Assembly: GCA_045589075.1 (NCBI GenBank)
Contig: JAZNFI010000068.1
Coordinates: 1 to 49,748 of the forward strand
DNA: 49,748 nucleotides
Direction of reading: 5' to 3'
Source: Candidatus Flemingiibacterium sp.
GTDB lineage: Bacteria; Bacillota; Clostridia; Oscillospirales; CAG-272
Below the pieces are notes generated by a model. The model was not told the origin of the DNA, did not search any database, and saw only the letters and a program-made list of their open reading frames with translations. Shown in pieces: positions 8,783 to 17,870 of this stretch. The position numbers and the translations under genes are program-made. The first letter of the stretch is position 1. The number at the start of each line of letters is the position of its first letter.

Positions 8783-9337
8783 ATGAAAAAAACAGCTTCG
8801 ATTTTTACAGTTCTTATGCTTTCCCTTACAGTATTCTCCTGCAGTAAGTCCGATGTTATTGACACAGACACCGATGAGGTCACTGCGCATGAATCAAATA
8901 CGGAGACAGAACCCTCTGCTGTAACAGCAGCCGAAACGTACAGCTTTACTCTTGACAACGGGCTTTCTTTTAAGCTCGGCGACACATATGGCAACGTCGC
9001 TGATACTCTAGGTGAACCGCAGGATATACTTGAAGCACCTAATTGTATCAGAGAAGGAAATGACACAGTATATACCTTCACCGATTATAGCATTATGACT
9101 TCACCCGATGGAGATGGCAACTTTTTCCTCGCGGAATTTACTCTCATTTCGGATGCGGTAGCTTTTGAAAATGGTATTACCATCGGAAGCACATCCGACG
9201 ATGTTGATAATGCATTCGGAACTGAATACATAGAGAACTTTGGTGTGCGCACCTATTCATTTCCCGGTGCAAACCTATCCGTAGTCTTTGACGGAGATGC
9301 CGTCAGTGCAATTACTGTTTCCTCGGTCCGAGAATAG
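8783..9337 (+). CDS. Acidic lipoprotein of unknown function
   Basis: MKK signal with lipobox VFSC; internal duplication LGDTYGNVADTLGEP / IGSTSDDVDNAFG; SD AAAGGA. Confidence 0.75.
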   Translation: MKKTASIFTVLMLSLTVFSCSKSDVIDTDTDEVTAHESNTETEPSAVTAAETYSFTLDNGLSFKLGDTYGNVADTLGEPQDILEAPNCIREGNDTVYTFTDYSIMTSPDGDGNFFLAEFTLISDAVAFENGITIGSTSDDVDNAFGTEYIENFGVRTYSFPGANLSVVFDGDAVSAITVSSVRE

Positions 9338-9338
9338 G

Positions 9339-9704
9339 CTATAAAAAGTACGGAATACAAAACAATACAGACAAAACAAGAAATCCCGCCCCTACTGAAA
9401 TCATGGTGGCGGGATTTTTTTGATTTAATGTACGCGAGACTCTGTATTCCGTGTAGGTCACACGCTGTGATAATATTCTTCCTGACGCCACATAGAAAAA
9501 AAGGTCAAAAAGCCCTTGTGTCCACGCATAATTCACAACTCCGCCACCCGTCAGCAGTATTCCGGAGAAAAAAAGCCCGTCAGAAATAAGCAAAAATACA
9601 GCAAAAAGGGTTTCCGCCGTTTCTTTGCGTATAAAAAGTCCAAACGAGCAATATGCAAAGCTTAATATTAGTCCGGCAACCGAATACTTTATATATTTTT
9701 TCAT
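9339..9704 (-). CDS. Small membrane protein closing the opp operon (DUF3899-like)
   Basis: Three hydrophobic segments; GLFDLFFY motif; ATG 9704 lies 2 nt after the oppF stop with SD GGAG. Confidence 0.6.
   Translation of the reverse strand: MKKYIKYSVAGLILSFAYCSFGLFIRKETAETLFAVFLLISDGLFFSGILLTGGGVVNYAWTQGLFDLFFYVASGRILSQRVTYTEYRVSRTLNQKNPATMISVGAGFLVLSVLFCIPYFL
9381..9421 (+). terminator. Probable terminator of the + strand operon, embedded in the opposing CDS
   Basis: AAATCCCGCC...GGCGGGATTT continuing into a T run, 44 nt after the lipoprotein stop. Confidence 0.55.
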
Positions 9705-9706
9705 TT

Positions 9707-10636
9707 TTACAACTCCCTGTACGCCTGGAGTTCGTTTTCCGTACACATAACAAAATGCCCCTCAAAAACCTCTCTCATTTCCTTTTGTGCGCCCTCGTCT
9801 TCCTCGTCGTACACTACCCTTTTCCTGCCTTTTTCGAAAATCGGATCAGGATGCGGTATGGCTGACAGCAAAGCCTTGGTATATCTATGAAGGGGGCGTC
9901 TAAAAAGCTCCTCCGAGTCCGCGAGTTCAACCAAACGCCCAAGACACATTACCCCAATCCTATCCGAAAAGCATTTTACCACGGCAAGGTCATGGGCAAC
10001 GAATAATACTGTCATCTGAAATTTTTTTACAAGGTCGCCAAGAAGATTGATTATCTGTGCCTGCACGGAAACATCAAGTGCCGAAACGGGTTCATCCGCT
10101 ATAATAATGCTTGGATTCATAATAAGTGCTCTGGCAATACCAACGCGCTGACGTTGTCCGCCTGAAAACTCATGAGGGTACCGTCCTGCATATTCAGGGC
10201 GAAGCCCCACAAGGCTAAGCATTTCTGAAACACGTTTCCCTATTTCGATTTTTCCCCTTATGCCTCCGATTACAAGTCCCTCTGCAATACTTTCACCTAC
10301 AGTCATAAGAGGGTCGAGAGAGGCTATGGGGTCCTGAAATATCATTTGTATTTTATTGGTCAGTTCTCTGCTTCTGGTCCTATTTTTGTTGTAATGACCG
10401 TCCCCAGAAGCAATAAGCTGACCGTCAAAATATATCTCGCCGGCACTGGGCTTGTAAAGACCGATTACTGTTCGTCCCACAGTCGTTTTCCCACATCCCG
10501 ATTCGCCTACAAGTCCGAAAACCTCTCCGCGTTTAATAGAAAAACTGACATCATTAACCGCCGGAAAACGCGACTTCCCCCTACCGAAATATTTGGTCAG
10601 TCCCGACACCCTGAGGAGCTCGTCGCTGTCATTCAT
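9707..10636 (-). CDS. oppF: Oligopeptide ABC transporter ATPase
   Basis: GESGCGKTT, FSGGQRQR, IIADEPVSALD, HRYTKALLSAIP. Confidence 0.92.
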   Translation of the reverse strand: MNDSDELLRVSGLTKYFGRGKSRFPAVNDVSFSIKRGEVFGLVGESGCGKTTVGRTVIGLYKPSAGEIYFDGQLIASGDGHYNKNRTRSRELTNKIQMIFQDPIASLDPLMTVGESIAEGLVIGGIRGKIEIGKRVSEMLSLVGLRPEYAGRYPHEFSGGQRQRVGIARALIMNPSIIIADEPVSALDVSVQAQIINLLGDLVKKFQMTVLFVAHDLAVVKCFSDRIGVMCLGRLVELADSEELFRRPLHRYTKALLSAIPHPDPIFEKGRKRVVYDEEDEGAQKEMREVFEGHFVMCTENELQAYREL

Positions 10637-11687
10637 ACTCTTTCCTCCAATTTTTTATACGTTCTGCTCTTTCTTTTATTATACCTGGCGGCTTTGCATC
10701 TGGTGCAAAAGGATGAAGAAGCCATGTGGCAGCATAGTGGGTGTCTGTAATTTTAAACATGGGCGGTTCCTTAATAAAATCAATTTTCATTGCATAATCA
10801 CTTCTATCTGCAAATACGTCGCCTACCGGCGGTGAGATCATGCTGGGAACAGATCCGGGAATAGCCTTTGGCAGAGTCTTTGTGTCAAGATCCGGAACTA
10901 CGGATAAAAGTGCCCATGTATATGGATGAGCCGGGAGATAGAATATCTCATGCGAGGTCCCGACCTCAACAATTTTTCCCGCATACATCACAGCAACTCT
11001 GTCTGCAACATTTGCCACAACCCCCAAATCGTGAGTAATAAATATCACAGACAGTCCACGTTCACGCTTTAATTTTTCAATAAGCTCAAGTATCTGTGCC
11101 TGGACGGTCACATCAAGAGCTGTTGTAGGCTCATCACAGATAAGAATTTCAGGATCGGCGGCAAGGGCTATTGCAATTACTATTCTTTGTCGCATCCCCC
11201 CGGAAAACTCAAACGGATACTGAAAAAATTTACGTTCGGGATCCTTTATGCCCACCTCGCTCATCAGTTCCATTGCTCTTTTATTAGCCGCTTTTCTTCC
11301 TATAGGTTTATTTCTCTTTTTTCCTGAAATTCTGATTGCCTCGGTTATCTGATAACCAACCTTTACTATGGGGTCAAGGCTTGACATCGGATCCTGAAAT
11401 ATCATTGCAATTCCGCTTCCTCTGATTTTGCAAAGAGCCTTTTCGGAAAGCTTCAGAATGTCTATATTTCCGAACAATATCTCCCCACTCTCAACACGTG
11501 CGTTTCCCGGAAGAAGTCCCATAATTGACTTTACACTGACCGATTTCCCAGATCCTGATTCGCCCACCAACGCAAGTGTCTCGCCCTTGGCAAGCGAAAA
11601 ATCAATTCCCCTCACAGCCTTTAAAATACCGTCATCGGTGCTGAAAGAAACTCGGAGATCCTTTACTTCGAGAATCGGCTCTATCAT
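10629..11687 (-). CDS. oppD: Oligopeptide ABC transporter ATPase
   Basis: [33 protein letters not shown]; overlaps the oppF start. Confidence 0.92.
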   Translation of the reverse strand: MIEPILEVKDLRVSFSTDDGILKAVRGIDFSLAKGETLALVGESGSGKSVSVKSIMGLLPGNARVESGEILFGNIDILKLSEKALCKIRGSGIAMIFQDPMSSLDPIVKVGYQITEAIRISGKKRNKPIGRKAANKRAMELMSEVGIKDPERKFFQYPFEFSGGMRQRIVIAIALAADPEILICDEPTTALDVTVQAQILELIEKLKRERGLSVIFITHDLGVVANVADRVAVMYAGKIVEVGTSHEIFYLPAHPYTWALLSVVPDLDTKTLPKAIPGSVPSMISPPVGDVFADRSDYAMKIDFIKEPPMFKITDTHYAATWLLHPFAPDAKPPGIIKERAERIKNWRKEYE

Positions 11688-11789
11688 GACTTATGACCAT
11701 TTCGTTCGCCGTGATAGAGTACATCACCTGCGAAACGCTTCCTTTCTATGCTTTGCCGATTTTGCCGGTAAAGCACTGTTTTAAATGTT

Positions 11790-13301
11790 TCACGCCTCTG
11801 TTCCCCTCATGAGTGGGTTGAAGGCATCTCTGAGACCATTTCCGAAGAGATTGAAGGATATTAAGAGCAGAGAGAAATACAGTGCGGGAAAAAGCATTGC
11901 ATGAGGGGCTGTAGTCATGGAGGTCTGCCCCTGGGACATAAGTGTTCCGAGGCTTGTGCCCGAAAATTCGGAAAGGTCGATTATGCCGAGATATGAAAAC
12001 GTAGTCTCTGAACTGATAACCCCCGGAATCATCAATGCACATCCGGTAATTAGCGTGCCTGCAGAATTTGGGAAAATATGCTTTGCCATAAGCCTGCCAT
12101 CAGATGCACCCAGAGTACGCGCCGCCAGGACAAATTCACGACCCCTGAATCTGTAAAACTGCTTTCGTGTGAGCACTGCCATTCCTATCCACCCCGTCAG
12201 CACAAAAGCAAACAAAAAGGAGCCTGCCGTACCAACCTTGTCAGAAAGATGAAGTGAAAACAGTGTGGCGACAACTATAAACGGCATTCCTGATATAAGC
12301 TCGGCTATCCTGTCAAGTACGAGATCCACCGTTCCTCCGTAATAGCCCTGTACTGCACCGTAAACAGCTCCAACACTCAAATTTACCGCTGATACTATCA
12401 ATGCAAACACCAGTGAAAACCTCGCGCCATATCCTATAGCGGAAAACAAATCCTGTCCAAGAGTATTGGTACCGAGCGGGTACATTGGCGGGGTTCCGTT
12501 CTTGAAAATATAGTAGTTGTAGTAACAGACACGGCATTCAAGAGCACCACCCCTTTTTATGCTGTAAACATAATCACCGTTATCTCCGCTTATCCGTGTG
12601 CCTGTGTAGGGAGTGCCCTCGAGCGACTTGTTTTGAAGATAAGCAGGTATAAGCCCACCGTTCTCATCATAAAGCGGAGTTCCCTTTCCGTCGGAAACAA
12701 GATACCATATATTTGCGTCGGAGACACCGTAACCAATAAGCGACGAATCTACACAAGGATAAAGCACTCTGATTCCGGTCTCATTCTGGAAGTCCACTAT
12801 CTCATCATACTCTTTTTTTGTCATGATTCGTCTGACAATACCCGTTTCGTAGTATTTATTTACCCGAAGCTTATAGCTTTTTGTTTTGACTTCTTTTCCT
12901 CGGTGAACGGTTACAGTTTCGTTTTCTGAAATTATTTTTATGAGAGGGTCAAGGCCCGTTTCTTGTTTTATCCCGTTAAGATACCCAAGACTAGCCTCAT
13001 TTCGACTTTCATATACAGTCCCCCCGTCAAAGATTCCAAACCCAGCGGCAAACTCAATATAAGGCGGATAACCTATATATACCGAATCCTTGTCCTCTGT
13101 CCCATATGGTGAAACAATTGGAACAAGTATCGCATAAAGCACAAGCAACGCAATAATAATGGCCGCAGCAACTGATGAACGGTTTTTCCTGAACCTCAGC
13201 CATGCATCCCTGGCAAATGTGCGGTGGTTAACCTTCACTTTTTCATATGCTCGCTCACCCTTATCTGAAAATACAAAATCCTTCTTTGATATTTCACTCA
13301 A
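11790..13301 (-). CDS. oppC: Oligopeptide ABC transporter permease with large extracytoplasmic insert
   Basis: DAWLRFRKN, LGTNTLGQDLF, REFVLAARTLGA, FNLFGNGLRDAFNP. Confidence 0.92.
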   Translation of the reverse strand: MSEISKKDFVFSDKGERAYEKVKVNHRTFARDAWLRFRKNRSSVAAAIIIALLVLYAILVPIVSPYGTEDKDSVYIGYPPYIEFAAGFGIFDGGTVYESRNEASLGYLNGIKQETGLDPLIKIISENETVTVHRGKEVKTKSYKLRVNKYYETGIVRRIMTKKEYDEIVDFQNETGIRVLYPCVDSSLIGYGVSDANIWYLVSDGKGTPLYDENGGLIPAYLQNKSLEGTPYTGTRISGDNGDYVYSIKRGGALECRVCYYNYYIFKNGTPPMYPLGTNTLGQDLFSAIGYGARFSLVFALIVSAVNLSVGAVYGAVQGYYGGTVDLVLDRIAELISGMPFIVVATLFSLHLSDKVGTAGSFLFAFVLTGWIGMAVLTRKQFYRFRGREFVLAARTLGASDGRLMAKHIFPNSAGTLITGCALMIPGVISSETTFSYLGIIDLSEFSGTSLGTLMSQGQTSMTTAPHAMLFPALYFSLLLISFNLFGNGLRDAFNPLMRGTEA

Positions 13302-13307
13302 TCGCTA

Positions 13308-14261
13308 TCACTTCCTTTGTCCTATCCTTATGCGCGGATCAATAAAACCGTAGCTTATATCAACCACAATACTTGCCGCAAGTCCAACTGCAGTATAGAA
13401 AACCGTAAGCATAATGAACATTGGATAATCACGTCCGTTGATCGAATTGATATACAGACTTCCCACACCAGGTACCGCAAAAATTTTTTCTATTATGAAA
13501 GAGCCGCTTAGTATGCCCACAAAACTACCGAAAATTGACGGCAAAACAACCACCATACTGTTTTTTAAACCGTGCCGAATTGCCGCTGCGGTACGAGTAA
13601 GCCCTTTTGCACGTGCAAGCAGCATATGGTCGCTTGTAAGCACGTCCGCAAGCTCTGCCCTGGTCGTTCTCGTGAATCCCGCAATAGCACTTAGAGAAAG
13701 CGACAGTATTACGGGAATCATACTCACAAGCATATCAAATGAAAAATAATCAGTTCCGGATTTCATAAGAAACGGCAGGATTCCAAGCTTATAAGAAAGA
13801 AAATACTGAATCAGAAAGGCATATACAAAGGACGGAACGGATATTGTCACCATCGTAAGTGTAGATATGATGTGATCAAGAGCTGAATTTTTATTCATGG
13901 CGGCAATAACACCGAAAGCTATTCCCGTGGGAACACTTATGAGAATGGACCAAAGGTTCACACTCAAGGTTGCAGGCAGCTTATCAAGGAAAATTTTTGA
14001 AACTTCCTGTCCCACATACAGCTTGTCGCTGATTCCGAAATCAAATCGGGTAACAACATTTTTGATGAATATCATAAACTGCACAAGATACGGCTTGTTA
14101 TAGCCTTGGGCTTCTCTGCGGGCTTCAATGACATCGTAATGAACATCTCCCGGTGCAAGAACTGCTGGGGGCAGCATTCTGACAAGTACAAAGCACACTG
14201 CAGTTATTACAAAAAGAGTAGCCGCCATAAGCAGTATCCTCTTGACGATATATTTTAACAT
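13308..14261 (-). CDS. oppB: Oligopeptide ABC transporter permease
   Basis: KYIVKRIL, LARAKGL, IEKIFAVPGVG, DISYGFIDPRIR. Confidence 0.93.
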   Translation of the reverse strand: MLKYIVKRILLMAATLFVITAVCFVLVRMLPPAVLAPGDVHYDVIEARREAQGYNKPYLVQFMIFIKNVVTRFDFGISDKLYVGQEVSKIFLDKLPATLSVNLWSILISVPTGIAFGVIAAMNKNSALDHIISTLTMVTISVPSFVYAFLIQYFLSYKLGILPFLMKSGTDYFSFDMLVSMIPVILSLSLSAIAGFTRTTRAELADVLTSDHMLLARAKGLTRTAAAIRHGLKNSMVVVLPSIFGSFVGILSGSFIIEKIFAVPGVGSLYINSINGRDYPMFIMLTVFYTAVGLAASIVVDISYGFIDPRIRIGQRK

Positions 14262-14304
14262 AGCTCCATTATCCCCTCATTCCGGGTAGATTTTTGTCTA
14301 TGGT

Positions 14305-16476
14305 TCAATATCTAAGCTCACCGCCCGAATTTTTTACATATGACTTCCAATCATCATCATCATAATTGTAAGAAAGATACGCTATTCCGCCCCTTCCCAT
14401 AACGGGATTATATTCATCTCTGACATAATACAGCTGCTTTGAAAGAAGGGTAACAGAGGCATCCTCCAACATCGGTATATAGTTATAGTTGCCCAGCACA
14501 GCACCTTCAATTGCCGCAAGCACAGTAAGACGTGTATCGACATCGGAATTTGCCTCACCGAAATTATATTCATGACCGCCGCTTATGACCGAAGCTCCAT
14601 TAAGAGCGTCAGACCATTGCCGAAGTGTAAGAGTCAGAGTTTCTATGCGTGACTGCTCACCGATGGGAGCGGTATTCAAGGTAAGCGTAAGGGGAACTGA
14701 GCTTGAATCAAACCATGCAGCATCGTATTGGTACGATGGATCCGTATAAAGACTTGTGAGCGAAAAGGGGTCAAGGACAGAACCGCTCCATCCCCCCAGA
14801 ACCGTATCTGAAAGTCCTGCCTTGATCTTACTTACCCAATCGTTGCCGTATGGCGCGGATTTAGTAAATCGTATGCGTCCCTCGAAGGGAGTGGTACTTG
14901 TAACCTCAGCCATTTTTCTGTTGAGGTAATCAACCGTTTTGGTCATAAACTCACTGTCCTGCGATATGCAGTATTCGATAGTTACTGTTTGGTCTGAAAT
15001 ACCGTCGTTGTTGCGGTCTGTTATATAACCCAGTGCCACACCCTCGGCAAAAGCCATGCGATAATATTCTCTCGCCGTTTCAGGATCGTAGCCTGTTATT
15101 GAGCTCACGGCATCATCAAGTGTTTCATATCCGTTTGCATTTACACTGTAAAAATCGCACAATACCCTCTTGGCAGGCTCTGTATCGCGGTAGTAAAGCA
15201 TTCTCTGCGGATCGTACACATAGGAACCTCCGATTAGTCCGAACCCGCCTCGTCTTGCAGGAGATATACTTTCAGCAAAAAGCCTGCGATCGTAGGTCAA
15301 GGCAACAGCACGCCTGAAGCTGTTGAGAGTAAGCACCTCTATATCATAGTTTTGCGAATCGAAATCTGCCCCTCTCTCCCTCAAGCGTATGCTCTCTGTG
15401 TTTCCGTTCAGAATAAGGAAAAACATTGTCTCGCCCGGAGTTTCATAGGCATTGTCAGATGTTTTGTAGTTGTCAAAATCCTCTGCCTGAAGTGTATACG
15501 ATGCAAGCTCGCCTCTCAGAAACATCATTTTTGCTGTGGCAGCCTCGGCAATGACCTGCGTGTTTATATGCGTGGTCTGATACATAGCTTTTTCTTCACC
15601 GCTCTCCGGGTCTATATATCTGTGCTGCCCATCCTCCCAGCCATACCATTCATCGTTCTTCTCGAACCTCATGGATTTGTCCTTTTGATAAGATGTGAGC
15701 TTATAAGGTCCGTATGACATTGTGGTATCTGCACTTGTGTTATAGGATGAAAACCATGCATTACCGTCCTTGGTAAGACACTTTTCGTAAAGCTCCTCAT
15801 AAACAATAAAATTGCTTGTCAGATTATAAATCAAATTGAAGCCGCCGAGTGATTTGTCAAGTACCAGGGTTATCTGATACTCACCGGATTTGTAAAGTCC
15901 AACCGCCGAAAAATCATCTCCGCTTTTCCCCGTTGCATATTCTTCCGCTCCCGCTATGCTGAAATTCCCCGCATAGTAGTCCGATGCTCTGTAGTTGAGA
16001 AGTTCAGGGTCCAGCAAACGTTTCATAGAATACACATAGGTGTCAGCGTTAATTGGTGTTCCATCTTCCCAGCTCGCATTTGGATTTAAATCAATAGTAT
16101 ATGCGTACCCCGCGCTGGCACCATCCGGTATTTTAAATTCCGGATGATCCCGCTTTACAGTTTCTGTAACATCAGTGGGCTCGCTTGCCGCCATTTCAGG
16201 AATTACGCTGTACGATGTGAAGGCTTCCTTACCCTCTGCAGGGTGAAGCTCATCGTTGTACACCAGACTGTAAAATCCAACCCTCAGATACTGAGCCGGG
16301 TAATTGTCGGATGCCGTCTCATAGGTATGTGGATTCCAGTTGGTGGCAAGGGTTGAAACATAGTCGTTATAGGTATACGTACCGTCAGTCTTACTGTTTG
16401 TCCCCCTATTACCGCATCCTGCAAGCACAACAACACACAGAATCATTGCAAAGAACCGCAAAATATACTTCTTCAT
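14305..16476 (-). CDS. oppA: Oligopeptide-binding lipoprotein (SBP family 5)
   Basis: Start reassigned to ATG 16476 (SD GGAG); lipobox LAGC; WEDGTPINADTYVYSMKRLLDP and SYGPYKL motifs. Confidence 0.9.
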   Translation of the reverse strand: MKKYILRFFAMILCVVVLAGCGNRGTNSKTDGTYTYNDYVSTLATNWNPHTYETASDNYPAQYLRVGFYSLVYNDELHPAEGKEAFTSYSVIPEMAASEPTDVTETVKRDHPEFKIPDGASAGYAYTIDLNPNASWEDGTPINADTYVYSMKRLLDPELLNYRASDYYAGNFSIAGAEEYATGKSGDDFSAVGLYKSGEYQITLVLDKSLGGFNLIYNLTSNFIVYEELYEKCLTKDGNAWFSSYNTSADTTMSYGPYKLTSYQKDKSMRFEKNDEWYGWEDGQHRYIDPESGEEKAMYQTTHINTQVIAEAATAKMMFLRGELASYTLQAEDFDNYKTSDNAYETPGETMFFLILNGNTESIRLRERGADFDSQNYDIEVLTLNSFRRAVALTYDRRLFAESISPARRGGFGLIGGSYVYDPQRMLYYRDTEPAKRVLCDFYSVNANGYETLDDAVSSITGYDPETAREYYRMAFAEGVALGYITDRNNDGISDQTVTIEYCISQDSEFMTKTVDYLNRKMAEVTSTTPFEGRIRFTKSAPYGNDWVSKIKAGLSDTVLGGWSGSVLDPFSLTSLYTDPSYQYDAAWFDSSSVPLTLTLNTAPIGEQSRIETLTLTLRQWSDALNGASVISGGHEYNFGEANSDVDTRLTVLAAIEGAVLGNYNYIPMLEDASVTLLSKQLYYVRDEYNPVMGRGGIAYLSYNYDDDDWKSYVKNSGGELRY

Positions 16477-16673
16477 AATGCTTTTCTCCGTTTTAATAGT
16501 GAAATCGCTAATATTGTGTCCCAAATGCTCATACAAATACGTACTTTCCGACTTCGTTATGCCTATAAATAATTCCCTATTCCAATCTTGTACATTAAAT
16601 CGATTTATGTGAGGGTTCGTCACAATTTTTACGAAAACTATGATATTTTTTTGAGATAAAAAAATTCAGTAGC

Positions 16674-16702
16674 TTGACATAGGGTAAAAATCATCGTATA
16701 AT
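16674..16702 (+). promoter_or_regulatory. sigmaA promoter of sbcDC
   Basis: Perfect TTGACA-17 nt-TATAAT. Confidence 0.85.
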
Positions 16703-16731
16703 ATTAATATCAAACAATAATAGGGGGCAGC

Positions 16732-17868
16732 ATGAAATTATTTCACATTTCCGACCTTCACCTTGGGAAGCGCCTTTACGACTATTCCCTAACGGATGAC
16801 CAAGCCTATGTGCTTGATGAAATTATTGCCCTTGCAGATTCCCAAAAGCCTTACGGAATACTTATAGCAGGTGACATTTACGATAAACCCGTACCGCCCG
16901 TGGAAGCTGTTTCGCTGTTTGACTCCTTTCTCTGCCGTCTTTCGGAGCGCGGAATCAAAGTGTTTATGATAAGTGGAAATCACGATTCGCCAGAACGTAT
17001 AGCCTTCGGTGGAGAGCTGATAAAAAACGGTGGGATATATGTATCCCCCGTATGGAATGGCACCTGTGTACCCATTACTCTGACCGATGAGTACGGAGAA
17101 CTCAACGTATACCTTCTTCCGTTTATCAAACCCAGCCATGCACGCCGCTTTTTAAAGGAGCCCACTGTTGAATCCTATAATGAAGCACTGCAAGCTGTGG
17201 TAGATGCCATGAATGTGGATAAATCAAAACGAAACATCATAGTGACTCATCAGTTCATCACGGGCGCCTCTCGCTCGGATTCGGAAGAAATCTCTGTGGG
17301 CGGAAGCGATAATGTGGATGCATCCGTGTTCAGCATTTTTGACTACACGGCACTTGGACATATCCATTCACCTCAGAATGTCGTAAAAAACAGAGTCAGA
17401 TATTCGGGAACACCGCTTAAGTATTCTTTTTCAGAAGTGTATCAGGATAAAAGCGTCACAATGGTTGATATTCGGCAAAAAGGGGATGTAGAGGTATCTA
17501 CTCTCCCCTTAAAAACACTTCGTGACCTACGGGAGTTGAGAGGAACCTATGCCGATCTTACCCTCCGCGAAAATTACCTTCACACAAATACGGAGGATTA
17601 TCTGCACATTATACTCACCGATGAGGATGATATACCCGATGCTGCCGCAAAGCTTGGTATAATATACCCCAACCTTATGAAGCTTGATTACGACAACAAA
17701 CGCACAAGAAACACAGAAAGCTTCGTGTCTGACCAAACAGGAGTTGCTCCTTCCCCCTTTGAATTCTTCGCCGAATTGTTTGAAAAGCAGAATGGTGCAC
17801 CAATGGATGCAAAACAATCCGAATACATTGAAAATCTCATAAAAAAACTCACCGACGGGGAGGCATAA
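16732..17868 (+). CDS. sbcD: Nuclease SbcCD subunit D
   Basis: SDLHLG, GDIYD, GNHD, GHIH, RYSGTPLKYSFSE. Confidence 0.95.
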   Translation: MKLFHISDLHLGKRLYDYSLTDDQAYVLDEIIALADSQKPYGILIAGDIYDKPVPPVEAVSLFDSFLCRLSERGIKVFMISGNHDSPERIAFGGELIKNGGIYVSPVWNGTCVPITLTDEYGELNVYLLPFIKPSHARRFLKEPTVESYNEALQAVVDAMNVDKSKRNIIVTHQFITGASRSDSEEISVGGSDNVDASVFSIFDYTALGHIHSPQNVVKNRVRYSGTPLKYSFSEVYQDKSVTMVDIRQKGDVEVSTLPLKTLRDLRELRGTYADLTLRENYLHTNTEDYLHIILTDEDDIPDAAAKLGIIYPNLMKLDYDNKRTRNTESFVSDQTGVAPSPFEFFAELFEKQNGAPMDAKQSEYIENLIKKLTDGEA

Positions 17869-17870
17869 CC

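Noticed and set aside
16477-16623. ORF-track N-terminal extensions of oppA (also mraZ, rsmD, uvrC, the RCC1 gene and the ceramidase-like gene)
   Set aside because: Downstream ATGs have SD sites and family-typical N-termini; the extensions cross promoters, spacers or neighbouring genes.
16625-16639. CodY box upstream of oppA (ATTTTTACGAAAACT)
   Set aside because: Four mismatches to AATTTTCWGAAAATT, and similar T-tract/A-tract words occur in most spacers here.
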